From Myxococcota bacterium (GTDB taxonomy: Bacteria; Myxococcota_A; UBA9042; PHBI01; JAWLBL01), in contig JAWLBL010000009.1 in NCBI GenBank assembly GCA_041687695.1, positions 202,906 through 266,905 of the forward strand: a DNA stretch of 64,000 bases, given 5' to 3'. The first letter of the stretch is position 1. Each line of letters begins with the position of its first letter. The translations under genes and the position numbers were made by a program. The notes beneath the pieces were generated by a model that made no database searches, was not told the origin of the DNA, and worked only from the letters and a program-made list of their open reading frames with translations. Below are positions 50,485 to 61,165 of this stretch, in pieces.

Positions 50485-53292
50485 ATGAAGGTCCTCGAGA
50501 CGCGCGTGTTCCAGGGTCCGAACATCTGGGCCCACTTCCCGGTCATCCAGCTCTCGGTGGATCTCGGGGCCCTCGAGGACTGGCCCACCGGCCGCATGCC
50601 CAGCTTCGTCGACCGGCTGCTGGCGGCCGTGCCGTCGCTGTCCGAGCACGGCTGCAGCTACCGCGAGCCGGGCGGCTTCGTGCGGCGCCTGCGCGAGGGC
50701 GACGGCACCTGGCTCGGGCACGTGCTCGAGCACGTCACGCTCGAGCTGCAGAACCTGGCCGGCTCGGACGTGACCTTCGGGAAGACGCGCGCCATCGCAC
50801 CGGAGCGGCGCGGGGTGTACCACGTGGCCTTCGAGTACGGCGAGGCCCGCTGCGGCGAGCAGGCCGCGCGCCTGGCCCAGCGCCTGCTGCTCAACATCCT
50901 GCCGCCCGAGGTGCAGGCCGAGCTGCCGCGCGGCGCGGTCGAGCCCGAGCTGGACTTTCCGGCCGAGCTCGAGGACTTCATCAAGCTGGTGCAGCGCCGG
51001 GCCTTCGGGCCGTCGACCCTGTCGCTGGTGCGCGCCGCCGAGGCCCGCGACATCCCCTGGATTCGCCTCAACGACTACAGCCTGGTCCAGTTCGGCCACG
51101 GCCAGTTCCAGAAGCGCATCCAGGCGACCGTGACCAGCGAGACCCGGCACATCGCCGTGCAGATCGCCAGCGACAAGGAAGAGACCAACAAGATCCTGGC
51201 GGATCTGGGCCTGCCGGTCCCCCGCCAGCGCCTGGTGCGCGAGGTCGAGGAGGCCGTCAAGGCCGCCGAGCGCCTGGGATATCCGGTGGTGGTCAAGCCA
51301 CTCGACGCCAACCACGGCCGCGGCGTGTCCATCAACCTGGGCGACGCCGACGCGGTGCGCGCCGCCTTCAAGCAGGCTCGCGAGCACGCCCGCTCGGTGC
51401 TGGTCGAGAACTTCATCACCGGCTTCGACCACCGGATGCTGGTGGTCAACGGCGAGCTCATCGCCGTCGCCAAGCGCGTCCCCGGCCACGTGGTCGGCGA
51501 CGGCGTGCACACCATCGCGCAGCTGGTCGAGCTGGTGAACCTGGACCCCAACCGCGGCATCGGCCACGAGAAGATCCTGACGCGGCTCGAAATAGACCAC
51601 CAGGCCGAGCGGCTGATGGCCTCGGCGGGCTACACCCTCGAGACGGTGCTCGAGGCTGGCCAGGTCTTCTACCTGCGCTCGACCGGCAACCTGTCGACCG
51701 GCGGCACGGCCATCGACGTGACCGACGCGGTGCACCCCGACAACCGCGAGATGGCGGTGCGCGCGGTCAAGGCCATCGGCCTGGACGTCGCCGGCGTCGA
51801 CTTCCTGACGCCCGACGTCACGCGCAGCTACCGCGAGGTCGGCGGCGGCATCTGCGAGATCAACGCGGCCCCCGGCTTCCGCATGCACGTCGCCCCGACC
51901 GAGGGCACGCCGCGCGACGTCGCCGGGCCGGTGCTGGACATGCTGTTCCCGCCCGGGACGCCGGCGCGCATCCCCATCGCCGCGGTGACCGGCACCAACG
52001 GCAAGACCACCACCGCCCGCATGCTGGCCCACATCCACAAGATGATCGGCAAGACGGTGGGCCTGTCGACCACCGACGGCGTCTACATCGACGGCCGCCG
52101 CGCGGTCGAGGGCGACATGACCGGTCCCCAGGCCGCGCAGATGGTGCTGCGCGACCCGACGGTCGACACGGCGGTGCTCGAGACGGCGCGCGGCGGGCTG
52201 CTCCGCGCCGGCCTGGGCTACCGCCGGGCCAACGTGTCGGCCTGCCTCAACGTCAGCGAGGACCACCTGGGCCTGCGCGGGGTGCAGACCGTCGAGCAGC
52301 TGGCCGAGGTCAAGCGCATCGTCATCGAGGTGGCCAGCGACGCGGCGTTCCTGAACGCCGACGACCCGCTGTGCCTGAAGATGGCCGACCACACCCGGGC
52401 CAAGGCCATCTGGTACGTGACCATGAACCCCGCCCACGGCCTGGTGCGCGAGCACATCCGAGCCGGCGGCGGCGCGGTGGTGCTGGAGGAGGGCATCAAC
52501 GGGCACATGATCACCCTGTACCAGGGGGGCGCGCAGATGCCGCTGCTCTGGACCCACCTCATCCCGGCCACCCTCGAGGGCAAGGCCGTCCACAACGCCC
52601 AGAACGCCATGTTCGCCGCCGGCATGGCCTACGTCATGGGCGTGCGCTTGGACGACATCCGCCACGGCCTGCGCACCTTCGACACCTCGTTCTTCCAGGC
52701 GCCGGGCCGCATGAACGTCTTCGACGAGCACCCCTTCAAGGTCATCGTCGACTACGGCCACAACCCGGCCGCCGTGCAGGCGATGGTGCAGCTGTCGGAC
52801 CGCTTGGACGTCAAGGGCCGCCGCGTCGTGGTCCTGGCCGTCCCGGGCGACCGGCGAGACGTCGACGTCGCCAACGTGGCCAAGAGCGCCGCCGGGCACT
52901 TCGACCACTACATCTGCCGCCGCGACGACAACCCGCGCGGCCGCGCGCCGACCGAGATCCCCGAGCTGCTCAGAGCGCACCTGCTCGAAGCGGGCGTCGC
53001 CCCCGACACCGTCGAGGTCATCGCCGACGAGCCGAGCGCCGTCGACCGCGCGCTGCGCCTGGGCCAGCCCGGCGATCTGCTGCTGCTCTTCACCGACCAG
53101 ATCACGCGCACCTGGAAGCAGGTCACGAAGTACCGCCCCGACGGCAGCCCCGCCCCGGCCTTCAGCGAGGGCCCGGTCCCGATGCCCGGCGCGCTGACCA
53201 CCACCCGCCCCGACCCCATCGATCTCGCCGACGGCGAGGTGCTCATCCGCGACGAGCGCGGCGTCCGCCTCGCCCGCGAGAGCGACGACTGA
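50485..53292 (+). CDS. cphA: Cyanophycin synthetase CphA1
   Basis: N domain GPNIW, HGCS...GHVLEH; ATP-grasp VVKPLDANHGRG, NLSTGG, EINAAPGFRMH; Mur-ligase VTGTNGKTT, ETARGG, PGRMN, DYGHN. Confidence 0.97.
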   Translation: MKVLETRVFQGPNIWAHFPVIQLSVDLGALEDWPTGRMPSFVDRLLAAVPSLSEHGCSYREPGGFVRRLREGDGTWLGHVLEHVTLELQNLAGSDVTFGKTRAIAPERRGVYHVAFEYGEARCGEQAARLAQRLLLNILPPEVQAELPRGAVEPELDFPAELEDFIKLVQRRAFGPSTLSLVRAAEARDIPWIRLNDYSLVQFGHGQFQKRIQATVTSETRHIAVQIASDKEETNKILADLGLPVPRQRLVREVEEAVKAAERLGYPVVVKPLDANHGRGVSINLGDADAVRAAFKQAREHARSVLVENFITGFDHRMLVVNGELIAVAKRVPGHVVGDGVHTIAQLVELVNLDPNRGIGHEKILTRLEIDHQAERLMASAGYTLETVLEAGQVFYLRSTGNLSTGGTAIDVTDAVHPDNREMAVRAVKAIGLDVAGVDFLTPDVTRSYREVGGGICEINAAPGFRMHVAPTEGTPRDVAGPVLDMLFPPGTPARIPIAAVTGTNGKTTTARMLAHIHKMIGKTVGLSTTDGVYIDGRRAVEGDMTGPQAAQMVLRDPTVDTAVLETARGGLLRAGLGYRRANVSACLNVSEDHLGLRGVQTVEQLAEVKRIVIEVASDAAFLNADDPLCLKMADHTRAKAIWYVTMNPAHGLVREHIRAGGGAVVLEEGINGHMITLYQGGAQMPLLWTHLIPATLEGKAVHNAQNAMFAAGMAYVMGVRLDDIRHGLRTFDTSFFQAPGRMNVFDEHPFKVIVDYGHNPAAVQAMVQLSDRLDVKGRRVVVLAVPGDRRDVDVANVAKSAAGHFDHYICRRDDNPRGRAPTEIPELLRAHLLEAGVAPDTVEVIADEPSAVDRALRLGQPGDLLLLFTDQITRTWKQVTKYRPDGSPAPAFSEGPVPMPGALTTTRPDPIDLADGEVLIRDERGVRLARESDD

Positions 53293-53315
53293 CCCCTGAC
53301 GGAGCCCCCTTCGAA

Positions 53316-53714
53316 ATGAAGCCCAAGATCAGCCTCATCACCCTGGGCGTGAGCGATCTCGAGCGCTCGCGCCGCTTCTACTGCGAGGGCCTGGGCCTGC
53401 CGCGCCACGGCGACCACGAGGGCGTCGTCTTCCTCGAGCTGCAGGGGACCTGGCTGTCGCTCTACCCCCGCGAGGAGCTGGCCCAGGACGCCGAGGTCGC
53501 GCCCGAAGGCGCCGGCTTCCCCGGCTTCACCCTGGCCCACAACGTCCCCTCGCGCGAGGCCGTCGACGCCACCCTCGCCGAGGCCGAGCGCGCCGGCGCC
53601 CGCATCGTCAAGCCGGCCCGCGAGGTCTTCTGGGGCGGCTACTCCGGCTACTTCGCCGACCCCGACGGCTACCTCTGGGAGGTCGCCCACAACCCCTTCA
53701 TGGATCTGACCTGA
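53316..53714 (+). CDS. VOC/glyoxalase family protein
   Basis: ISLITLGVSDL, TLAHNV, VFWGGYSGYFADPDGYLWEVAHNP. Confidence 0.92.
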   Translation: MKPKISLITLGVSDLERSRRFYCEGLGLPRHGDHEGVVFLELQGTWLSLYPREELAQDAEVAPEGAGFPGFTLAHNVPSREAVDATLAEAERAGARIVKPAREVFWGGYSGYFADPDGYLWEVAHNPFMDLT

Positions 53715-53729
53715 AGGGGACCTGAAGCC

Positions 53730-54065
53730 TCAGGCCCCGCGCGCCTTCAGCAGGCGCTCGCGGGCCCGGGTGAGGTCCTCGACCGACTCGCCGACCACGC
53801 GCTCGCCGTCGTCGTCGACCCGCGCGTCCTGCACCGCCGTGAAGAAGGCGCGCAGCTCCTGCGCCGGCCGCTTGCGGCGCGCGGCCTCGCAGGCCTGCTC
53901 GACCTCGTCGAGCATCCCCCACAGCTGCTCGACCAGGGCGCTCATCTCGCCGTAGTCGCTGACGTCCTCGCGCGCGCTGACCTCGGCCAGCACCAGCCCG
54001 CTCCAGAACTCGACCCGCTCCCGGGCGCTCACGCGCGTGGACGGTCTCGGTCCCCAGTAGCTCAT
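53730..54065 (-). CDS. Hypothetical protein
   Basis: 111-aa helical ORF with GGGAG RBS. Confidence 0.55.
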   Translation of the reverse strand: MSYWGPRPSTRVSARERVEFWSGLVLAEVSAREDVSDYGEMSALVEQLWGMLDEVEQACEAARRKRPAQELRAFFTAVQDARVDDDGERVVGESVEDLTRARERLLKARGA

Positions 54066-54104
54066 GTCCGCTCCCGCGTCGCAGGGACCCAGCCCCGCGT
54101 CACG

Positions 54105-55142
54105 TCACGGCGTCACGGGCTCGAGGTCCAGGGTTCGATGGCAGAGGGTCAGTGTGCTCGACTCGGCCACGGTTGACCAGAGCGGCCGCAGCGCGTGCGG
54201 GAAGCAGCTCAGCTCGCCGCGGCGCTGCGGTGCCTGGTGGTAGTAGCGGGCGCGCAGCGTCTGGCCAACCCGCTCGCCGCCGGGTAGCAGCACCGCCGTC
54301 CCGGGCGGCGCCTTCGCGACTGGCGTCCCGTACCCGACGATGGCCCCACCGGGGTCGACCTTGGATCGGTCGACCACCGCCTTGGCCGCCACCTCCGTTT
54401 CGAAACGGACGCACCCGTCGTCGAAGCGCGCGCGCCAGCTCCCGCCGTCACGCGCCAGCGCGGCGTCCACGACCCGCGGCGCCGGCCCGTCTGGCAGGTC
54501 GCCGCCCTTCCAGCGCTGCAGCTCCTTGGCCGTCACGGCCTCGACGACGAGCGTCGCCTCCCCGAGCGAAAGCCGCGTCCCGTACCGTAGCGCGCGCTCC
54601 GAGCGCACGGGCGCGCGCCGGTCGCGCGGCGAATACCACCAGCCGACGGCGTCGTCCGGCAGCGACACCGTCAGCTCGTAGCCTTCGCGAACCACCTTGA
54701 ACGGCCCGTCGGCACGCGCCCGCTGCAGCCCGACTCCGGCGTGCAGGGTCACGGCGTGCTCACCCGATCCCTCGGCCACCACCTCGCGCGTCGTGACCGC
54801 GGCCAGATCCGCCCGCCGCACGAACAGCCGCAGCGTCAGGCCGTCCAGCCCGCGCGCCCGATCGTGGCAGGCCGGGTCCGCCTCGCCCGCCGGCGCCACC
54901 TCGACCCAGCCGTCCTCCCGCTCGGCCACCAGCCGCCAGGTCCAAAACGGCGACAGCCGCACGTCCCATCGCCCGCCCCAAGCGTCGACCGCGTGCGCGG
55001 CCGCCTCGGTTGGCGCCACGAACACCGGCGCGTCGCGCCTCGCAAGGACGTGCCGGACCTCGCCTTCCGCGGCCGCCGCGTCGCTCCCGAGCACGCTCGC
55101 CATCACCCAGGCCAGGACGGCCACCGTCGACCCGCGCATCAT
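54105..55142 (-). CDS. Secreted hypothetical protein
   Basis: MMRGSTVAVLAWVMASVLG...AAA signal peptide, GGAGG RBS; real part of ORF 54105..56513. Confidence 0.65.
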   Translation of the reverse strand: MMRGSTVAVLAWVMASVLGSDAAAAEGEVRHVLARRDAPVFVAPTEAAAHAVDAWGGRWDVRLSPFWTWRLVAEREDGWVEVAPAGEADPACHDRARGLDGLTLRLFVRRADLAAVTTREVVAEGSGEHAVTLHAGVGLQRARADGPFKVVREGYELTVSLPDDAVGWWYSPRDRRAPVRSERALRYGTRLSLGEATLVVEAVTAKELQRWKGGDLPDGPAPRVVDAALARDGGSWRARFDDGCVRFETEVAAKAVVDRSKVDPGGAIVGYGTPVAKAPPGTAVLLPGGERVGQTLRARYYHQAPQRRGELSCFPHALRPLWSTVAESSTLTLCHRTLDLEPVTP

Positions 55143-55220
55143 CCGCCTCCCTTGCGTGCTCGCAGCATGGCCACCTGCGCGCAGTCCGTCTAGGCTGACG
55201 GCCTCGAGCAAGGAGCCCTC

Positions 55221-56123
55221 ATGTTGGACATGGTCATCGAAGCCCGCCGCACCGAGCTGGGCGGCGGCCTCGAGGTGGGACGCGTGCTGCCCTTTCGCCT
55301 GCGGCGCATGGTCGGCCCCTTCATCTTCCTCGACCACGCCGGGCCGGTGGACCTCCCGGCGAACATCCCGCGCTCGATGGACGTGCGCCCCCACCCGCAC
55401 ATCGGCCTGTCGACCCTGACCTATCTCTTCGCGGGCACATGGATGCACCGCGACAGCCTGGGCTTCGAGCAGGTCATCCACCCCGGCGACGTCAACTGGA
55501 TGACCGCCGGCCGCGGCGTCAGCCACTCCGAGCGCTTCGAGGACCAGTACCGGCGCGCCGGCGGCCCGATGGAGCTGCTGCAGGCCTGGGTCGCCCTGCC
55601 CACCGAGCGCGAGGAGGCCGAGCCCAGCTTCCACCACCACGGCCAGGCCGCGCTGCCCGAGCTCGACGGCGACGGCCGCTGGGCCCGCCTCATCGCCGGC
55701 CAGGCCTTCGGCGAGACCAGCCCGGTCGAGGTCCACTCGCCGCTGTTCTACCTGCACGTCGAGCTGGCCGCCGGCGCGCGCACCGATCTGCCCACCGGCT
55801 ACCCCGAGCGCGCGGCGTACGTCGTCCGCGGCGAGGTCGACGCCGACGGCCAGACCTACCGCCAGGGCCAGCTGCTGGTCTTCCGCGAGGGCGCCGAGGC
55901 CGTCCTGACCGCCCGCACGCCCGCCACCGTCATGCTGCTGGGCGGCGACCCGGTCGGCCCCCGCCACATCTGGTGGAACTTCGTCTCCTCCAGCCGCGAC
56001 CGCATCGAGCAGGCCAAGGCCGACTGGGACGCCCGCCGCATCCCCATGCCCGTCCACGACGAGCACGAGCGCATCCCCCTGCCCCACGACGCCCCCAAGC
56101 CGCCGCCCGAGCCGCTGTCCTAG
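55221..56123 (+). CDS. Pirin family protein
   Basis: VGPFIFLDH, PHPHIG, HRDSLG, WMTAGRGVSHSE, WWNFVSS. Confidence 0.95.
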   Translation: MLDMVIEARRTELGGGLEVGRVLPFRLRRMVGPFIFLDHAGPVDLPANIPRSMDVRPHPHIGLSTLTYLFAGTWMHRDSLGFEQVIHPGDVNWMTAGRGVSHSERFEDQYRRAGGPMELLQAWVALPTEREEAEPSFHHHGQAALPELDGDGRWARLIAGQAFGETSPVEVHSPLFYLHVELAAGARTDLPTGYPERAAYVVRGEVDADGQTYRQGQLLVFREGAEAVLTARTPATVMLLGGDPVGPRHIWWNFVSSSRDRIEQAKADWDARRIPMPVHDEHERIPLPHDAPKPPPEPLS

Positions 56124-56722
56124 CCGCCCTCGCCCCCGGCCAGCATCATCCGCACGAACAGCACGCCCTGCCCGATGGCGTCGGTCAGCGCCGTGTGGTC
56201 GTGCGCCGGCGCCCCCTCGAACCACCCCTGGGGCATCTTGCGCTTGGCCACCGCGCGGAAGTCGCCGCCCAGCCGCGCCCAGGCCGCCGTCTTCATGTCC
56301 AGCCCGGCGAACCCGAAGGGGCAGTCGGTCCCGCTCGCCAGCGCCGTCCCCCCCGGCCCGCCGAAGCGCATCACGTACCAATAGACCCACATGAAGTCGA
56401 AGGTCACCGGGTAGCCCACGAACACCGGCCGGCCCGGCAGCCCCCGCAGCCACGCCACATACTCGGGCATCACCTTCCGCGCCGGCCGCGGGTCCACCCG
56501 ATGCGCCGCCCACGCCTCGGGGTGCGCCCGCCAGAACTTCATCGTCTCCGGCGCCCCGCTCGCCCCCTCCAGCGTCTGCAGGTTCGCCTCGAAGGTCGCC
56601 ACCGGCCTCGTCGGCTCTTCGGCCCCCAGATCGAACACCGCCGACCCCAGGCTCAGCATCGAATGCGGCCCCGGCACCGGCCCATCCGCCTCCACGTCCG
56701 TCGACACGTACAGCTCTCGCAT
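56120..56722 (-). CDS. DEDDh 3'-5' exonuclease
   Basis: STDVEADGP, FD, LDMKT, HTALTDA. Confidence 0.85.
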   Translation of the reverse strand: MRELYVSTDVEADGPVPGPHSMLSLGSAVFDLGAEEPTRPVATFEANLQTLEGASGAPETMKFWRAHPEAWAAHRVDPRPARKVMPEYVAWLRGLPGRPVFVGYPVTFDFMWVYWYVMRFGGPGGTALASGTDCPFGFAGLDMKTAAWARLGGDFRAVAKRKMPQGWFEGAPAHDHTALTDAIGQGVLFVRMMLAGGEGG

Positions 56723-56748
56723 CCCGTCCTCAGCTCGAAGGGCTCGCT

Positions 56749-58590
56749 TCAGGGCGCCAGGCCAAGGTCCCACGCCGTCAGGGCGGCGTCTTCGGTCGCG
56801 ACCCACAGCCGCGTGCCTGCGGGGCCGAACGCGATGGCCTCTATGCGACCTCGCTCCGGCCGCACGACCAGCCCGGGGCGGCCGCTGGGGTCCGACACCT
56901 CGATCGTCGCACCGCGAGCCACGGCCAGCCAGCCTCGAGCCGAGAGCGCGTACGCCGTCATGGGATCGAGCGCCATGGTCCCGATCGGCGAGCTTCGTCC
57001 AGGTTCCCACACGCTGACGCCCTCCGAGGTACGCACGGCCAACCGATCCTCGGCGGGCCACTGCACCTCGCGCGGCTTCGCCCTGACGTTCAGCGCGATC
57101 TCGTCACTTCCGTCCACGGTCCGGAGCAACACACGATCCCCCACGGCCACGGCCACCCGCGTCCCGGACGGGGAGACCGCGACCGCCGCGACCGGCCGGT
57201 CGAAGGTCCAGTCCGCGAGCGCGCGCCCCTGGGACACCTCGATGAGCCGGACTTGCTCTCCGCTCGCGAGCGCGATGAATTCGGCGCTCGGGCTCGCCGC
57301 GATCGCCGTCAACGGGCTGAAGTCCCGGACTGGCAGTTCCCAACCGTCATCAACCGTCACTGGCCGCTCAGGGGCTGACCCCGTGGCCATTGCCTGCTGC
57401 GTCCCGCGCTCCACATCCGAGATCAGCAGTCCCCCGGCTCGCCTCGTGACGACGCGTGCCCCCAAGACGGCCAAGGGCCCGGACCCGGACGTAATCGGCC
57501 ACCGCATCCCATCGGCCCGAAGCGCCTCCCAACGGCTGCTGCGCTCGACCAACAGCAAGTCCGGGCCGGCGCCCGCCACCAGCCGGCGGGGAGCCGCCGG
57601 GACCACCTCTGAGTGGGCCGTGCCGCCCCAACGTGCCAGCTGCGCCCCGGCCACCGAGACGAGTCGGCCGTCTTTCGCGGCGAGCAGGGTCACCGTGTAC
57701 TCGTGCGTCCCAGCCACCGACGGTTCGTCGCTACCGTCGGCCCGCCAGGCCCGAATGGTCCCGGCGTCGTCCCCATGAAAGAGGCTGTCGCCGCTCGCGA
57801 CGATCACGCCCGGGACTCCCAGCTCCCATAGCCCATCGATCTCCAGCGACGCCCCGCGCAACAGGGCGACCTCGCCGCTCAACATGCTCACGACCAGCTC
57901 AGTCGCGGCTCCCGCCTCGCGCCAGTCCACGTCGACGCAGTCGTCCGCCAGCTCGACCTCGACCGTCTCGATCGCCGCCACGTCGAAGACGCGAACCCTG
58001 CCCTCACCGCACGCGGCCAGCCGGGCGCCTCCTGGCGCCACGGCCACCGCGTCGGCCTGCATCCCCAGATCGATCTCGCGCGTCGCCGCCGCAGCGTCGC
58101 GCTGCCACAGGCTCACGCGGCGCGCCTGCGGCAACCAGACCCACACGTGCGACCCGCCCGGCCCCACCGCGACGACGCGCGGCCGCTCGCCAAGCTCCGG
58201 CGTTTGCCACGTCTTCTCAGCGCTACCCAGCGCAGTCATCCGAGCGAACCTGGTCCCCGCGCGATCTCGGCCCAACCAGCTGCCCTCGTCGTCGAACGCC
58301 GCGCTCAGGACCGACGGCTCGTCGGTCGCCGCCTCGACCGCCGCCGGCTCCGCCCCCCACCGCCGCACCCCTCCGCACGCGTCCGCGGCGACGACGGCCC
58401 CATCCGACGTCCACGCCGCCGCCACGACTCGGCACGTGTGACTCTCCGGCCACAATGCGACGGTGTGGGCCAACGTCGGTGTCGCCGACGCCAGATCCCC
58501 ACCATCGTCCCGTATCACGGCCCCACCGCAACCCCCGAGCACCACGCCAGCGAGCCCGACGACCATCGCCGCGGTACTCGTCCGGACCAT
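56749..58590 (-). CDS. WD40-like beta-propeller lipoprotein
   Basis: Lipobox LGGC; repeated AVSPSG/AFGPAG...W blades; start 58590 or 58629. Confidence 0.75.
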   Translation of the reverse strand: MVRTSTAAMVVGLAGVVLGGCGGAVIRDDGGDLASATPTLAHTVALWPESHTCRVVAAAWTSDGAVVAADACGGVRRWGAEPAAVEAATDEPSVLSAAFDDEGSWLGRDRAGTRFARMTALGSAEKTWQTPELGERPRVVAVGPGGSHVWVWLPQARRVSLWQRDAAAATREIDLGMQADAVAVAPGGARLAACGEGRVRVFDVAAIETVEVELADDCVDVDWREAGAATELVVSMLSGEVALLRGASLEIDGLWELGVPGVIVASGDSLFHGDDAGTIRAWRADGSDEPSVAGTHEYTVTLLAAKDGRLVSVAGAQLARWGGTAHSEVVPAAPRRLVAGAGPDLLLVERSSRWEALRADGMRWPITSGSGPLAVLGARVVTRRAGGLLISDVERGTQQAMATGSAPERPVTVDDGWELPVRDFSPLTAIAASPSAEFIALASGEQVRLIEVSQGRALADWTFDRPVAAVAVSPSGTRVAVAVGDRVLLRTVDGSDEIALNVRAKPREVQWPAEDRLAVRTSEGVSVWEPGRSSPIGTMALDPMTAYALSARGWLAVARGATIEVSDPSGRPGLVVRPERGRIEAIAFGPAGTRLWVATEDAALTAWDLGLAP

Positions 58591-58712
58591 GCGACCCGAC
58601 CACCTTCTCGCCAGCTCGGTGTCCAACAATGCACTCCTGCAGTCCGCCGACGCTTCGCGGGCTCGGCCATCGCCTCGTTACCGCCGAGCCTGCGAAGCGC
58701 CGAGGGAACGAA

Positions 58713-59186
58713 TCATGCGAGCTGTGCTTCCTTGCGCTGCTCAGCCTGCTCCGTACCTTCCCGCGTCGACTTCCGCTGCTCACCGGGCGCATCGCTCGCC
58801 GCGGTCTGCTTGCCCCTTGCGGCCTCCTTCTCGGCCTTGATGAGGCGGTCCTTGAGCCGGACCATCTCGATCCGCACGCGCTTCAGCTTGTCCGGAGCCG
58901 AGTCGTGGACCTGCTGGATGCGCTTGAACGTGCGGTACAATTGCCCTCCCGCTTTGCCCAGAAAGGCCTTCATGCGATCGACGTTCTCGAGTTCGCTGGG
59001 CGTCTTCGCTCCCCGAGCGTATTCGACGAGTGCGTCGCTCTGCCCCTGAAACGCTTCCCATTCGGAAGCGATCTCTCCCTCGAGCGCCCTGAGCCTGGCC
59101 AAATCCCGGTCGGGAATCTCGCCGCCTTGGCCCGCCAGGCTCTCGTAGCGATCGACCAGCTTCTGCAGTCCACTGATACTCGACAT
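58713..59186 (-). CDS. Hypothetical helical/coiled-coil protein
   Basis: 157-aa charged ORF, GGGAG RBS, atypical codon usage. Confidence 0.6.
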   Translation of the reverse strand: MSSISGLQKLVDRYESLAGQGGEIPDRDLARLRALEGEIASEWEAFQGQSDALVEYARGAKTPSELENVDRMKAFLGKAGGQLYRTFKRIQQVHDSAPDKLKRVRIEMVRLKDRLIKAEKEAARGKQTAASDAPGEQRKSTREGTEQAEQRKEAQLA

Positions 59187-59233
59187 GACCTACTCCCAGA
59201 GTCTGTTGAAGTCCGACTTTCAGTCGCGTCAGC

Positions 59234-61165
59234 TCAGCCGTCCCGAACGAGTCGGCCGAGCGCCCGACATTCTTCGATGACGGCTCGCTTGAAGTGTTTC
59301 ATGCTCGGCCGCTCAGACGCGCTCCAGGCCGCATTGAGCGCCCGCAGCACGCAGTTCTTGATGTGTCCGCCAGACAGGTCTCCCAAGGTGGACAGCGCGA
59401 CGAAGTCGACGTCGGGATCGAGCGGAACCTCGTCGGGGACGAGGCGCCTCCATATCGCCGCCTGCTCCTGCGCTCCAGGCTGTGGGAATCGGATGACATG
59501 AGTGATTCGACGCCGAAGCGCAGGGTCCAGGTGCGCTTCCAGGTTCGTGGTCAAGACGACGATCCCATCGAAGCGCTCTACGTGCTGGAGCAACAGGTTG
59601 GTATCCATGTTGGCGTGCTTGTCGTTCGATGAGCGCGCCTCGGTGCGCCTCTGGAACAACGCATCGGCCTCGTCGAACAGCAAGACCGTCGATAGCGGGT
59701 CGACGCCGGCAAACATCTCTGCGATGAGTTTGCCCGTCTCACCAACGTACTTGCTCACCAGGTTGGCGAAATCCACCTTCAGCAACGTGCGCTTCAGGGT
59801 GGTCGCGAGGACCTCGACGGCCAGCGTTTTGCCCGTGCCCGGCTCTCCGCTGAACAGTGCCGCGATGCCGCGTCCTTTCCCCAGTCGACGCGCGAGACCC
59901 CAAGTGTCCAGAACGTGCTCGTACGATCGGCACGCATCCACGAGGCTAGCGAACTGCTCGGTGGCCTCATGGTCCAGGACGAGATCGGCAAGCGTAGCGC
60001 GTGGAATCAGGGCCTCGACGAAGCTGCGCTGGAGACGGAGATAGTGATTCCTCATGAGAGGAGCCACGTCGTCCCAATCCGGTCGCGCTGCCCCGCGAGC
60101 CTTCGCGTGCTCGCGCGCGGAAAGACACGTCTGAGCGATTTGGCCGAACCCGACCCGATGCGCGCGCGCGAGCTTGTGCGCGAGCTCGGTCTGCGTCACT
60201 CCACGCGTCGACAAACCTGATGCCCACAGACGTACCCGCTGCGCCTCGGTCGGCGGGTCCAATGACAGCTCGAGCGACGGCCCCGGCCCGGCCTCATCGA
60301 GGCGAGGCGCGTCAGCGTCGAGGAGCACGAGACCGAAGCCATGCCAACCAAGGTTCCGAATCGTCTCTCCCGCGTCGGGCACAGTCGGATCGAGCGCCGG
60401 GTCACACCTCCACAACCGGCACAGGAACTTCACGACGGGTAGGCTGGCTGCCGGCAATGCACCACTGATCCAAAGCAGGTGCCGTCTCCGAGCCGTAGCG
60501 ATGGCGCGCGCGACATGCGCCCGTCCCGATCCTGGGCCGCCACGCAGGACGACCCAGCGCCGGTCGAGGCCTGGGGTAGTCTGGATGACCTCGCGAAGGG
60601 TGCTCGAACCCATCACTTCTTCGACTGGCACCCGCTCCGCGTCGAGGGCGTACCCGCGGTCCCTCTGCGGGATCGGCATCCCGGCCAGCGCTCGAAGCAG
60701 GAGCGGTGAAGGCCGCACTCGCTCGGGAACGATGCTCCACCAGGCGGCGCTCGCCGCGTCGAAGTCGATGAGGCCAACCTCGAGAAGCGCCGACAAGGAC
60801 CCCACAGGATCCTGCAGTTCGCCACGACAGCGTTCGAGAGCGGCCATGATCTCGCGCACCTCGAGGCCATCGCGGTCCAGGACATGCGCTTGCGTGAGGT
60901 CATCTCGATACCGATCGCTCGTCGCCTCGATGAGCGTCACCATCAGCGATTCGGTGTCGGAGTCCAGGTCGAATCCTCGCAACAGCCGACGAATGTGGGT
61001 TCGGCTGAGGGCCGCCTCGACCAGCGTAATGGCCAGGTCAGCATCAAGAAGTGGTGCCCGATCGGTGTCGCCGAACAGCGCGTCCAGCCCGCCTGGCGAC
61101 GGGCTGACACTCGCCTCGGCGCCGCAGGACGCGTCCGTGGCTGAAGCGCCGGCGAGGCTGCTCAC
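59234..61165 (-). CDS. AAA+ ATPase resembling eCIS Afp15/Pvc15
   Basis: Degenerate first P-loop GGPGSGR; intact GEPGTGKT, VSKYVGET, LLFDEADALF..RT....DKHAN, TTNL...D.ALRRR; GTG start chosen from GGGAGG RBS. Confidence 0.82.
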   Translation of the reverse strand: MSSLAGASATDASCGAEASVSPSPGGLDALFGDTDRAPLLDADLAITLVEAALSRTHIRRLLRGFDLDSDTESLMVTLIEATSDRYRDDLTQAHVLDRDGLEVREIMAALERCRGELQDPVGSLSALLEVGLIDFDAASAAWWSIVPERVRPSPLLLRALAGMPIPQRDRGYALDAERVPVEEVMGSSTLREVIQTTPGLDRRWVVLRGGPGSGRAHVARAIATARRRHLLWISGALPAASLPVVKFLCRLWRCDPALDPTVPDAGETIRNLGWHGFGLVLLDADAPRLDEAGPGPSLELSLDPPTEAQRVRLWASGLSTRGVTQTELAHKLARAHRVGFGQIAQTCLSAREHAKARGAARPDWDDVAPLMRNHYLRLQRSFVEALIPRATLADLVLDHEATEQFASLVDACRSYEHVLDTWGLARRLGKGRGIAALFSGEPGTGKTLAVEVLATTLKRTLLKVDFANLVSKYVGETGKLIAEMFAGVDPLSTVLLFDEADALFQRRTEARSSNDKHANMDTNLLLQHVERFDGIVVLTTNLEAHLDPALRRRITHVIRFPQPGAQEQAAIWRRLVPDEVPLDPDVDFVALSTLGDLSGGHIKNCVLRALNAAWSASERPSMKHFKRAVIEECRALGRLVRDG

